Source: a virus. Taken from it: a stretch of DNA of 44,582 nucleotides. The stretch is from positions 1 through 44,582 of IMG/VR virus record IMGVR_UViG_3300011888_000001; one strand, 5' to 3'. Position numbers and translations under genes: made by a program. Shown here piece after piece: positions 6,302 through 14,411 of this stretch (position 1 is its first letter; each line of letters opens with the position of its first letter). The notes under the pieces are model-generated. The model was not told the origin of the DNA. It saw nothing but the letters and a program-made list of their open reading frames with translations, and made no database searches.

Positions 6302-6565
6302 ATGAGCCGGTCCACCTGCTGGAGTCTGCTCGCGTTCTCCCTGGCGCTGGCCTCGTACGTCATGCATCGAGACATCAGCGCCAACGTCTTCCTGGCCACC
6401 ATCTTCATCATTCAGGGCCTCAAAAGGACCGCAGATGACGAGTCGCCAGAACACTGGGACCGTGTGTCCCTCCTTTGCACGTTGCTCAGCGGAGCAGTGA
6501 TCGTATTCGCCCTCTACAGCCTTGCCACCGGCATGCACTGGGCAGGACCAAAGCCGTGGAAGTGA
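6302..6565 (+). CDS. Small membrane protein (87 aa, about 3 TM), lysis-cassette associated
   Basis: AGGAG at 6292-6296. Hydrophobic segments: CWSLLAFSLALASYVM, VFLATIFIIQGL, LLCTLLSGAVIVFALYSLA. Confidence 0.6.
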   Translation: MSRSTCWSLLAFSLALASYVMHRDISANVFLATIFIIQGLKRTADDESPEHWDRVSLLCTLLSGAVIVFALYSLATGMHWAGPKPWK

Positions 6566-6579
6566 GCGAGGCAGAAAAA

Positions 6580-6963
6580 ATGGCAGACGCACTAGCAACA
6601 TCCGCAGCGTCTGCCGCTGTTGCTGCTGGAGGTATCACCGTCGCGAGCTTCATCCCCGGCCTGGATCTGCAGGCAGTGGTGGGTGCTTTCGGCGGTGCAT
6701 GCCTGTTCATCCTGTTCGCCAAGAACATCAGCGTGTTCCAGCGGGTGGGCTACCTCATCTGCGGATGGATCGGTGGCTACTTCGCTGCGGCGGAGTTGAT
6801 GTCTCTGGCCTGGACCAAGACGTCAGGAATTGCGTCTTTCATCGGTGGGTTGCTCTGCGTGACCATCGCCATCAGCCTGATCGAGGCGTTCACCACAGGG
6901 AAGTTTCCAGCCTGGATGATCTCCCTCTGGGAGTGGTTCAGGGGCAAGAGGAATCCCCAATGA
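6580..6963 (+). CDS. Holin-like membrane protein (127 aa)
   Basis: In-frame ATG 6580. Several Gly/Ala-rich TM segments (GITVASFIPGL, GAFGGACLFILFA, YLICGWIGGYFAAA, IASFIGGLLCVTIAISLI). Lies upstream of the endolysin. Confidence 0.6.
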   Translation: MADALATSAASAAVAAGGITVASFIPGLDLQAVVGAFGGACLFILFAKNISVFQRVGYLICGWIGGYFAAAELMSLAWTKTSGIASFIGGLLCVTIAISLIEAFTTGKFPAWMISLWEWFRGKRNPQ

Positions 6964-7292
6964 TCCCGGACGAAGTTGTGGCCCTGCTGCAGGCGACGTT
7001 CTGTGGCGGCATCTTTTTCATGATCGCCTTCCAGTACAACCGCGGCGACTCGCACTACCAGTTCATTCCGAGCCTGTGCGCATTCGGTCTGGCCTCGCTG
7101 TTCGGCCAGCAGTGGCTCAGCATCATCGGGCGGATCCTGTTCTACAACGAGTGGCCCACGGTTTCCGTCTACAACACCCTGATTTTCGGCATCCTCTTCG
7201 TGCTGATCGTACGCTCGAAAGGGAACGTGGCCCGGGTCTTCCGGTTCGAGTCCAACTGGGACGGCCGTGAGCGCCGCCAGGTGACGCGATGA
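6960..7292 (+). CDS. Class-I-type holin candidate (110 aa, 3 TM + charged C-terminus)
   Basis: ATGA coupling. TM segments FCGGIFFMIAF, SLCAFGLASLFG and LIFGILFVLIV, followed by a basic tail RSKGNVARVFRFESNWDGRERRQVTR. Directly precedes and overlaps the endolysin start. Confidence 0.6.
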   Translation: MIPDEVVALLQATFCGGIFFMIAFQYNRGDSHYQFIPSLCAFGLASLFGQQWLSIIGRILFYNEWPTVSVYNTLIFGILFVLIVRSKGNVARVFRFESNWDGRERRQVTR

Positions 7293-7780
7293 GCTTCGAT
7301 CTGGCCTTCACCCGCCTCATGGGCTCCGAGGGTGGTTACAGCAATCATCCGAGCGATCCCGGTGGCGAGACTATGTGGGGCATCACTGCCCGGGTCGCGC
7401 GCGCTAACGGCTATCAGGCCGAGATGCGTAGCCTGACCAAGGAGAAGGCCAAGGAGATCGCCAAGAAGGTGTACTGGGACCCGCTCAAGTGCGACCAGAT
7501 GCCCTTCGCCGTGGCGTTCCAAGTCTTCGATGGCTCGTACAACTCCGGCCCCGACCAGTCCGCCCGCTGGCTCCAGCGCGCCCTGGGTGTGGCAGATGAC
7601 GGCAAGATCGGCCCGATCACTCTCGCCAAGCTCAAGGCTGAAGACCCGGCCCGCATAGCCGCCGAGTACATCAGCCAGCGCGGCCACTTCATGACCAAGC
7701 TTTCCACCTGGTCCACCTTCGGAAAGGGCTGGGCGAATCGCCTGTTCGACAATCTCGGATACCTAGCGGCTGACCTATGA
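7289..7780 (+). CDS. Endolysin, GH108 lysozyme-like domain + PG_binding_3-like C-terminus
   Basis: LMGSEGGYSNHPSDPGGETMWGIT is the GH108 signature. The C-terminal VADDGKIGPITLAKL is peptidoglycan-binding-like. Confidence 0.88.
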   Translation: MSFDLAFTRLMGSEGGYSNHPSDPGGETMWGITARVARANGYQAEMRSLTKEKAKEIAKKVYWDPLKCDQMPFAVAFQVFDGSYNSGPDQSARWLQRALGVADDGKIGPITLAKLKAEDPARIAAEYISQRGHFMTKLSTWSTFGKGWANRLFDNLGYLAADL

Positions 7781-8313
7781 GCGCGCTGCTGCTCGCATGG
7801 CTTCGGGCTCACTGGCTTCCCATAGCCATAGCCGCCATCGCGATCATCAGCCTGATCTGGTACGGCCACGAGAAGGACCAGGCAGGCTATGACCGTGGCG
7901 TCGCTGAGTGGAAAGGCAAGTACGACCAAAAGGCCGCCGACCTGGCAGCCGCCCAGGCCCAGTTCGAGAAAGAGCAGCGCGCCGAAGAGACCCGACGCCA
8001 AGACGCGATCGACCAGGTACGCCGAGATGCCCAAAAGCAGGTACAGCAAGCAAGCGCTGATGCTCGTGACGCTGATGCTGCTGCTAAGCGGCTGCAGCAA
8101 CAAGCCGACCGACTGGCAGCCGCCTACCGTAACTCCAGCAAGAATCCCGGAACTCCCACAGGAGGCCAGGCAGCAGCCTGCCCCGCCGGAGTGCTTGCCG
8201 ACCTGCTCCGCGAATCTGATGCACGCTCGGGAATCCTGGCTGCGCAGGCTGACAGAGCAAGGGACGCCGGCAATACCTGTGAGCGTTCCTACGACTCCCT
8301 GAATAAACGATAA
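7777..8313 (+). CDS. i-spanin (Rz-like)
   Basis: N-terminal TM segment (WLPIAIAAIAIISLIW) followed by a long charged coiled region. Contains an embedded +1-frame lipoprotein gene. Confidence 0.8.
   Translation: MSALLLAWLRAHWLPIAIAAIAIISLIWYGHEKDQAGYDRGVAEWKGKYDQKAADLAAAQAQFEKEQRAEETRRQDAIDQVRRDAQKQVQQASADARDADAAAKRLQQQADRLAAAYRNSSKNPGTPTGGQAAACPAGVLADLLRESDARSGILAAQADRARDAGNTCERSYDSLNKR
8027..8302 (+). CDS. o-spanin (Rz1-like lipoprotein), fully embedded in the i-spanin gene
   Basis: MPKSRYSKQALMLVTLMLLLSGC has lipobox LSGC. The mature part is Pro-rich (PPTVTPARIPELP...PAPPEC). Lies in the internal frame of 7777..8313. Confidence 0.8.
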   Translation: MPKSRYSKQALMLVTLMLLLSGCSNKPTDWQPPTVTPARIPELPQEARQQPAPPECLPTCSANLMHARESWLRRLTEQGTPAIPVSVPTTP

Positions 8314-8361
8314 CCAGGCCCGAGCCGTGTATTCCGGTGCCACCCCTCACCGGAGATCACC

Positions 8362-9456
8362 ATGGCAGTATCTTTGAAGGACCTGCAGGCCACCCTGGAC
8401 ACTGCACAAGCGCAGCTGGCCGAACTGATGGCCGTGCAGCCCAGCAATCCGGGTCAGCCCGAATCAGGGTCTCTTGCGTTCCTTGGCTCGAACATGGGCC
8501 TGATGAACAACAACATCAGCGTGCTGCCTGGCGTGGAAGGCCAGCACTACCGGAAGTGGGTCAAGGAGTTGCTCGCCAAGCGCGTAGCCACCGGAATGCC
8601 ATTCTGCCGCGCACCTATGGGTTGGGAGCGATTCCAGTCGGGCCGCGGCATGCCCTTCGCCAGTTCGGTGAACAAGAAATACGTCGGTGAGTGGCACGAC
8701 AACTACGCCATGGCCGAAGAGGTCGGGCTCCAGGTTGTCCCGGACCTGCACAACTACATGCGCTTCAAGGGTCAGCTGATCAGCAATGACCCGAACAGCA
8801 CTCAGCCCAGCCTGCCGGACTTCTGGGTGAAGTGGTGGAGCGAGTACGGCCAGCACAAATGCTTCTGGGGCCTTGGCCTCATGAACGAGCCGCACGATCT
8901 GCCTGACCAGGTGTTGTTCGACACCATCCAGGCCACGGTCACCGCGCTGCGCAACGCCGGCTGCAAGCTGCCCCTGCTGATCCCTGCCAACAACTGGTGC
9001 TCTGGCTCCACGTACCAGAGCACTGGCGCGTTCATGCTCAAGATCCAAGACCCGCTGAACAACCTGTTCTTCGAGGTACACAACTACCTGATGGAAGGCG
9101 GCATGTACACGGCCAAGTCCGTGACCACCTCCTTCGACAAGGATGCCTTCATCCGCCTGTTCACCCCGGCCTATACCGAGATCCTCAAGGCCGGCAAGCG
9201 CATGTTGATCGGTGAGTTCGCCTGGCCCAAGGGCAACAAGTCCGCAGAGCTCGCAGGCGTCGAGCTGATCAAGTGGGGCTACAGCAAGGGCATCCCGATG
9301 TTCTGGTGGGCTGACGGCTTCGGCTGGCCTGCCAGTGACCTGATCGCGCTCTACAACGACAACGGCAAAGAGACCTACGTCGAGAGCAACAACGTGCGCA
9401 GCCTGCTCGACGTGCTCGAGCCCTGGTTCGCCAAGCGCCTGACCCAATTCATGTAG
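8362..9456 (+). CDS. GH5-like (clan GH-A) glycoside hydrolase, 364 aa, no signal peptide
   Basis: GLGLMNEPHD (NEP acid/base motif), EVHNY, MLIGEFAWP (nucleophile-Glu context). The N-terminal roughly 30 aa look helical (LKDLQATLDTAQAQLAELM). GGAGA RBS at 8351-8355. Confidence 0.7.
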   Translation: MAVSLKDLQATLDTAQAQLAELMAVQPSNPGQPESGSLAFLGSNMGLMNNNISVLPGVEGQHYRKWVKELLAKRVATGMPFCRAPMGWERFQSGRGMPFASSVNKKYVGEWHDNYAMAEEVGLQVVPDLHNYMRFKGQLISNDPNSTQPSLPDFWVKWWSEYGQHKCFWGLGLMNEPHDLPDQVLFDTIQATVTALRNAGCKLPLLIPANNWCSGSTYQSTGAFMLKIQDPLNNLFFEVHNYLMEGGMYTAKSVTTSFDKDAFIRLFTPAYTEILKAGKRMLIGEFAWPKGNKSAELAGVELIKWGYSKGIPMFWWADGFGWPASDLIALYNDNGKETYVESNNVRSLLDVLEPWFAKRLTQFM

Positions 9457-9463
9457 GTGGCCC

Positions 9464-9646
9464 ATGGCTCAGTACAAGATCGCAACCACCAGCGGCATCG
9501 TGACCCTGGAAGCTGCCAGCCATGTGCTGGATAGCTATGGCCTGAAGTTCTACGCGGACCAGAGCATCCTCCTGGCTCACTTCCCCACCTACATCTACAT
9601 GGTCAAGGTCGATGCACTGAAGACCGAAACCGAGAGCGCCGAGTGA
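9464..9646 (+). CDS. Hypothetical small protein (60 aa)
   Basis: Track ORF with ATG start. Coupled (TGATG) to the next small ORF. Confidence 0.5.
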   Translation: MAQYKIATTSGIVTLEAASHVLDSYGLKFYADQSILLAHFPTYIYMVKVDALKTETESAE

Positions 9647-9807
9647 TGGACAAGCAAACCCTCACCTTCCGCGTCACCTTCAATGATGGTGACCAGAAGC
9701 AATACCAGGCTACCGGCGCCGTATGGGACGAAGAGAGCCTGCGCTTCTACGAAGGTGCGGAGCTTGTCGACCTGGCCTTCGGTGCCGTGAAGCTGGAGCT
9801 TGTGTGA
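9646..9807 (+). CDS. Hypothetical small protein (53 aa), not in the ORF track
   Basis: Hand translation: MDKQTLTFRVTFNDGDQKQYQATGAVWDEESLRFYEGAELVDLAFGAVKLELV. TGATG overlaps at both ends (with 9464..9646 and with TerS). Confidence 0.5.
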   Translation: MDKQTLTFRVTFNDGDQKQYQATGAVWDEESLRFYEGAELVDLAFGAVKLELV

Positions 9808-10259
9808 TGGCTGGCGGAAGACCCACCAAGTACACGTCCGAGAATCTGAACATGGTTCGGATGCTGGCCAAGCTTGGTGCAACCAACCAGGAAATGGCTG
9901 AAGCGCTCAACGTCACGCTGTCCACCTTCCACCTGTGGCGTAACACGCACGAAGAGTTTTCGGATGCCATAAAGGTCGGGAAGGATGCTGCAGACGATCG
10001 CGTGGCCGAATCTCTGTATCAGAGAGCCATGGGGTATAGCCATCCTGAGCTGGATATCCGGGTGATCGATGGCGCCATTGTCGAAACCCCGGTGATCAAG
10101 CACTACGCCCCGGACACCACCGCGGCGATCTTCTGGCTGAAGAACCGCCGGCCCCAAGAGTGGCGCGACAAGCAAGAGATCGAACACACCGGAGAGGTCA
10201 GCCTGACCAACCGGATCACTGAGGCCAGAAAGCGTGCCCGTCCCGAAGCTGACAGCTGA
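9807..10259 (+). CDS. Terminase small subunit
   Basis: MAGGRPTKYTSENL...LGATNQEMAEALNVTLSTFHLWRNTHEEFSDAIKVGK...ESLYQRAMGY...PDTTAAIFWLKNRRPQEWRD is a widespread TerS pattern. Confidence 0.9.
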   Translation: MAGGRPTKYTSENLNMVRMLAKLGATNQEMAEALNVTLSTFHLWRNTHEEFSDAIKVGKDAADDRVAESLYQRAMGYSHPELDIRVIDGAIVETPVIKHYAPDTTAAIFWLKNRRPQEWRDKQEIEHTGEVSLTNRITEARKRARPEADS

Positions 10260-11703
10260 TGAGATGCTGGCCGAGGACATGGGCCGGTTCTTCTATGATC
10301 CGCTGGGCTGGGTGCTGTACGCGTTTGACTGGGGTGTAGGTGAGCTTGAGGGCTTCGATGGCCCGGATGACTGGCAGCGCGAGTTCCTAGAGGACTGGGG
10401 CCAGGCGATCAGGGCCAATGACTTCGACGGCATGAAGCCGGTTGAAGCGTACCGGGCAGCCACCAGCTCGGGCCACGGTATCGGGAAGTCTGCGCTGTCT
10501 TCGTGGATCATCCTCTACATCATGAGCACCAGGCCGCAATCCAAGGGTGTTGTGACAGCCAATACCGGCGAGCAGCTGCGCACCAAGACCTGGGGTGAGC
10601 TCGGGAAGTGGAAGAAGCGCTGCATCACCGGTCACTGGTTTGAGTACAACAACGGCAAGGGGAACATGAACCTCTGCCATCCCGACTTCGCCGAGAGCTG
10701 GCGCGTGGATGGCCAGACCTGCCGTGAAGAGAACAGCGAGTCGTTCGCCGGCCTGCACGCTGCGACATCCTCGCCCTGGTACCTGTTCGACGAAGCATCG
10801 GCGGTACCTGACAAGATTTGGGAAGTGGCCGAGGGTGGTCTGACTGACGGCGAGCCGTTCTGGTTCGTCTTCGGCAACCCCACCCGGAACACAGGCCGCT
10901 TCCGAGAGTGCTGGCGCAAGTTCCGCCATCGCTGGAAGACCCGTCAGATCGACAGCCGCCAGGCCAAGATGACGAACAAGGACCTGATCAAGCAGTGGGC
11001 TGCCGACTACGGCGAAGAGTCTGATTTTTTTAAAGTCCGCGTTCGCGGCCTGTTCCCTTCCGCATCGGACTTGCAGTTCATCGGGAGCGATCTGACTGAC
11101 GCTGCGATGGATCGCACGGTGACTGAGGCCATGGTCGCCCATGCGCCCACCATCATCGGCGTGGATCCATCCTGGTCCGGTGAGGACGAGTTCGCGATCT
11201 ACTTGCGCCAGGGCCTGCACAGCAAGCTGATAGGCACCTACCAGAAGAGCGACGACGACGTGCTCATGGCAGGTCGGATCTCGCAGCTGGAGGACCAGTA
11301 CAAGGCAGACGCCGTGTTCGTCGACTTCGGCTATGGCACCGGCATCGTTTCGGCAGGCCGGGCCATGGGGCGCCAGTGGACGCTGGTCCAGTTCGGTGGT
11401 GCATCAACCGATCCGGCGATGCTGAACAAGCGCGGCGAGATCTGGAATGCCATGAAGGAATGGCTCAAGGCCGGCGGTGAGTTGAACGACCGACAGACGG
11501 CCGACGAGATCTGCGCCCCTGAGTACAAGGTGCGCCTGGACGGCAAGATCGTGCTCGAGGCTAAGGATGAGCTGAAGCGCCGGGCAGGCATCAGCCCCAA
11601 CCGCGCCGACGCCCTGGCCCTGACGTTCTCGTTCCCCGTCGTCAAGAAGCACGGCTATGCCACCGGCGGCCATCAATCCAACTACGACCCATTCGGAGCC
11701 TGA
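10234..11703 (+). CDS. Terminase large subunit
   Basis: Walker A-like SSGHGIGKSALSSW. Size and position fit. The start is ambiguous: GTG 10234 or in-frame ATG 10264. Confidence 0.85.
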   Translation: MPVPKLTADEMLAEDMGRFFYDPLGWVLYAFDWGVGELEGFDGPDDWQREFLEDWGQAIRANDFDGMKPVEAYRAATSSGHGIGKSALSSWIILYIMSTRPQSKGVVTANTGEQLRTKTWGELGKWKKRCITGHWFEYNNGKGNMNLCHPDFAESWRVDGQTCREENSESFAGLHAATSSPWYLFDEASAVPDKIWEVAEGGLTDGEPFWFVFGNPTRNTGRFRECWRKFRHRWKTRQIDSRQAKMTNKDLIKQWAADYGEESDFFKVRVRGLFPSASDLQFIGSDLTDAAMDRTVTEAMVAHAPTIIGVDPSWSGEDEFAIYLRQGLHSKLIGTYQKSDDDVLMAGRISQLEDQYKADAVFVDFGYGTGIVSAGRAMGRQWTLVQFGGASTDPAMLNKRGEIWNAMKEWLKAGGELNDRQTADEICAPEYKVRLDGKIVLEAKDELKRRAGISPNRADALALTFSFPVVKKHGYATGGHQSNYDPFGA

Positions 11704-11705
11704 CC

Positions 11706-12020
11706 ATGTGCGCTGGCGGAAAGCTACCTGGCATTGACCTCATCAAGAAGATCGACCCGCTGCGTGGCGGCGACGTGATCCTGGACAAGTTCGGTCTGCC
11801 CAACCTGCTGGGCGACAAGAACGGCATCCTCAACGAGACCAACGACAGCGCCAACAGCACCGTCACCGGGCCGGCTGAAGCCACCAACGTGGCCAGTGAT
11901 GTGCAGGGTGCGCGGGATAGCGAGAAGCGTCGCCGGGCTGCCGCAGCTGGCCTTTCCAGCACCATCCTGGGGGGAACCACCAGCGGTACCACCTCCAGCA
12001 AAACGCTGTTGGGCCAATAG
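11706..12020 (+). CDS. Small Met-Cys-start protein (104 aa), T7 gp6.7-position
   Basis: MCAGGK... with GGAG upstream. C-terminal motif SEKRRRAAAAGLSSTILGGTTSG...LLGQ is shared with the next gene. Confidence 0.6.
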   Translation: MCAGGKLPGIDLIKKIDPLRGGDVILDKFGLPNLLGDKNGILNETNDSANSTVTGPAEATNVASDVQGARDSEKRRRAAAAGLSSTILGGTTSGTTSSKTLLGQ

Positions 12021-12021
12021 C

Positions 12022-12228
12022 ATGTGCGGCGCGCTCGCATACGCCAGCCCTGTCGGCCTGCTGGCCAAGGGATTCATGGGTGGCAGTGACAGCGGCACCA
12101 CTGCTGCGACCACCACAGTGACCAAGCCGACGCCTGTTTCCTCGGAAGCCCTGGCCCTGCGGGCTGATGAGAAGCGTCGCCGCTCCACCATCCTGGGCGG
12201 CTCGTCCGGCCCCAACCTGCTGAGCTGA
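12022..12228 (+). CDS. Small Met-Cys-start protein (68 aa), tandem paralogue of 11706..12020
   Basis: In-frame ATG 12022 (MCGALAYASP...). C-terminal DEKRRRSTILGGSSGPNLLS. Confidence 0.5.
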   Translation: MCGALAYASPVGLLAKGFMGGSDSGTTAATTTVTKPTPVSSEALALRADEKRRRSTILGGSSGPNLLS

Positions 12229-12232
12229 TCTC

Positions 12233-13933
12233 ATGACGCAAGACACGCCACGCCAACGCGCAGACAAGCGCCTCGCGATGCTCAAGAACGAGCGCTCGCA
12301 GTGGGAAGCCGGCTGGCGTGAGCTGTCGGACTACATCCTGCCGATGCGGTCCAAGTTCCTGCTGGAGAAGGGCAACGGCAACTCTGCCCGCGACCGGCGC
12401 AACAGCAAGATCATCAACAACACGGCGACCATGGCGGCGCGCACCTTGTCGTCCGGGATGATGAGTGGCATCACCTCGCCATCGCGACCCTGGTTCCAGC
12501 TGAGCACCACGTCGCAGCAGGCCATGGAGTACGGCCCGGTCAAGAACTGGCTGTACGAAGTAACCCAGCGCATGCGTGACGTCTTCACCAAGTCGAACCT
12601 GTACAACGTCCTACCCATCGCCTACATGGAAATGGGAACCTTCGGCACTGGCGCCATAAGCGTCGAGGAAGACGCTGAAGAGGTTGTTCGCTTCGATGCC
12701 TTCACCGTAGGCCAGTACTACCTGGCAAACGGCGCACGCGGCACCGTTGACACCTTCTACCGCGAGTTCCAGATGACCGTGGCGCAGGTTGTCGAGAAGT
12801 TCGGCCGCGAGAAGTGCTCCGAGTCGGTGAAGGATGCCTGGGACAACAACCGCCGCGACCAGTGGGTGGATTGCGTTCAGGCCATCGAGCCGAACAAGAA
12901 GCGCGACCCGAGCAAGCGCGACACTAGGAACCTGCCGTTCCTGTCGATCACCTACGAGAAGTCCCAGTCCGATCCGGCCAAGCTACTCGAAGAGAAGGGC
13001 TTCCACGAGATGCCGATCATGGCGCCTCGCTGGGATCTGCTGCCTGAAGACAGCTACGGCACCGGCCCGGGGCGCGTGTCCATGGGTGATGTCAAGGCCC
13101 TGCAGCTGTACGAGCGCCGGTCTGCTGAGCTGGTGGACCGAGGGTCCAATCCTCCCCTGCAAGCGCCTGGCGCGCTGCGTGGCCAGCCTTCGTCCATGAT
13201 CCCGGGTGGCATCACCTACGTGGACGCCATTGGTGGCCAGAACCAGATAGCACCGATCTACGTCCCGGACAGCAGCTGGCTGATCCCGATCAAGGACAAG
13301 ATCCAGACCCATGAGGAAAGGATCCGCCAAGCCTTCTTCGCCGACCTGTTCCTGATGATCGCGCAGCTTGAGTCCGTGCGCACCGCGACCGAGATCGCCG
13401 AGCGCAAGGAAGAGAAGATGCTGATGCTTGGCCCTGTGCTGGAGCGCATCAACGACGAGCTGCTGGACCCGCTGATCGATCGCGTCTTCAACATCATGCT
13501 GCGCCAGTCCCTGCCGATCTGGGAAGGCCGCATCGAAGGCGAGCCCATGTTGCCGCCGCCCCCGGAAGAGATCGCTGGCCTTGAGCTCAAGGTCGAGTAC
13601 GTCTCTATCTTGGCCCAGGCGCAGAAGTCCATGAACACCACCGCCATCGAGCGCTTCACCGCGTTCGCCGGCAACCTGGCTGGCGTGAGCCCCGAGGTGC
13701 TGGACAAGGTGGACATCGACCAGGTGGTGGACGAATACGCCGAGGCGCTGGGCGTCGTGCCCACTGTCATCCGCGGCGACGACCAGGTCGAGCAGATCCG
13801 CCAGTCTCGCGCCCAGCAGCAGCAGGCGCAGCAGATGGCCGACCAGATGGGTGCTGGCATCCAGGGCGCCAAGCTTCTTTCCGAAACCGAAGTCACGCCG
13901 AACAACGCGCTCGGCCAGATGCTGGGAGCGTAA
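12233..13933 (+). CDS. Portal (head-tail connector) protein, podovirus type
   Basis: 566 aa, immediately after the terminase block and before the scaffold and capsid genes. Glu/Gln-rich C-terminus. Confidence 0.8.
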   Translation: MTQDTPRQRADKRLAMLKNERSQWEAGWRELSDYILPMRSKFLLEKGNGNSARDRRNSKIINNTATMAARTLSSGMMSGITSPSRPWFQLSTTSQQAMEYGPVKNWLYEVTQRMRDVFTKSNLYNVLPIAYMEMGTFGTGAISVEEDAEEVVRFDAFTVGQYYLANGARGTVDTFYREFQMTVAQVVEKFGREKCSESVKDAWDNNRRDQWVDCVQAIEPNKKRDPSKRDTRNLPFLSITYEKSQSDPAKLLEEKGFHEMPIMAPRWDLLPEDSYGTGPGRVSMGDVKALQLYERRSAELVDRGSNPPLQAPGALRGQPSSMIPGGITYVDAIGGQNQIAPIYVPDSSWLIPIKDKIQTHEERIRQAFFADLFLMIAQLESVRTATEIAERKEEKMLMLGPVLERINDELLDPLIDRVFNIMLRQSLPIWEGRIEGEPMLPPPPEEIAGLELKVEYVSILAQAQKSMNTTAIERFTAFAGNLAGVSPEVLDKVDIDQVVDEYAEALGVVPTVIRGDDQVEQIRQSRAQQQQAQQMADQMGAGIQGAKLLSETEVTPNNALGQMLGA

Positions 13934-14242
13934 ATGTTCGACGACGACGAGATTCAGGAGCGCCTGAAGGACCGAGAGCGCCTGCTGCAAAAGCAAGCGA
14001 TTGATGACTTCCTCTGGCTGATGGGCGCGCCTCAGGGCCGACGCCTGGTGTGGGGCTGGCTCAACCAGTCCTGCGTCTACCACACCACATTCGATACCCA
14101 CGGCGGGCGCATGAACCTCATGGAGGGCAAGCGCCAGCAGGGGCTCAAGCTCCTATCCGACATCCACCGACTTTGCCCTGACCTCTATCCCGTGATGGTC
14201 AAGGAAAACCAACCCCTACCAGAGGACCAAATCGATGAGTGA
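13934..14242 (+). CDS. Portal-adjacent small protein (102 aa; possibly Bbp19-like)
   Basis: Track ORF starting directly after the portal stop. The family name comes from memory of BPP-1-type head modules and is unverified. Confidence 0.5.
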   Translation: MFDDDEIQERLKDRERLLQKQAIDDFLWLMGAPQGRRLVWGWLNQSCVYHTTFDTHGGRMNLMEGKRQQGLKLLSDIHRLCPDLYPVMVKENQPLPEDQIDE

Positions 14243-14408
14243 GCACCAGGGATGCACCCAAACGACCTGTGAAAGCTGCAAGCACACTCCTGAATGCGTC
14301 ATTGAGGCAGCCGAAACCCAAGGCTGGAGTGACGCAGAAGTAGTAACCGCAGCGAAGCGCTTTATCGAACTCAGGGACGCACCCATCACTGAGCAGGTCC
14401 AGGAGTAA
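14235..14408 (+). CDS. Cys4 mini-protein (57 aa), not in the ORF track
   Basis: GAGGA at 14222-14226. MSEHQGCTQTTCESCKHTPECVIEAAETQGW... (C-x4-C-x2-C-x5-C). Overlaps the previous gene by 8 nt and ends 3 nt before the scaffold start. Confidence 0.45.
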   Translation: MSEHQGCTQTTCESCKHTPECVIEAAETQGWSDAEVVTAAKRFIELRDAPITEQVQE

Positions 14409-14411
14409 CAG

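Noticed and set aside
6121-6411. 96-aa minus-strand ORF overlapping the tRNA.
   Set aside because: It overlaps the tRNA-Asn gene and the start of a plus-strand membrane-protein gene, and it has no RBS.
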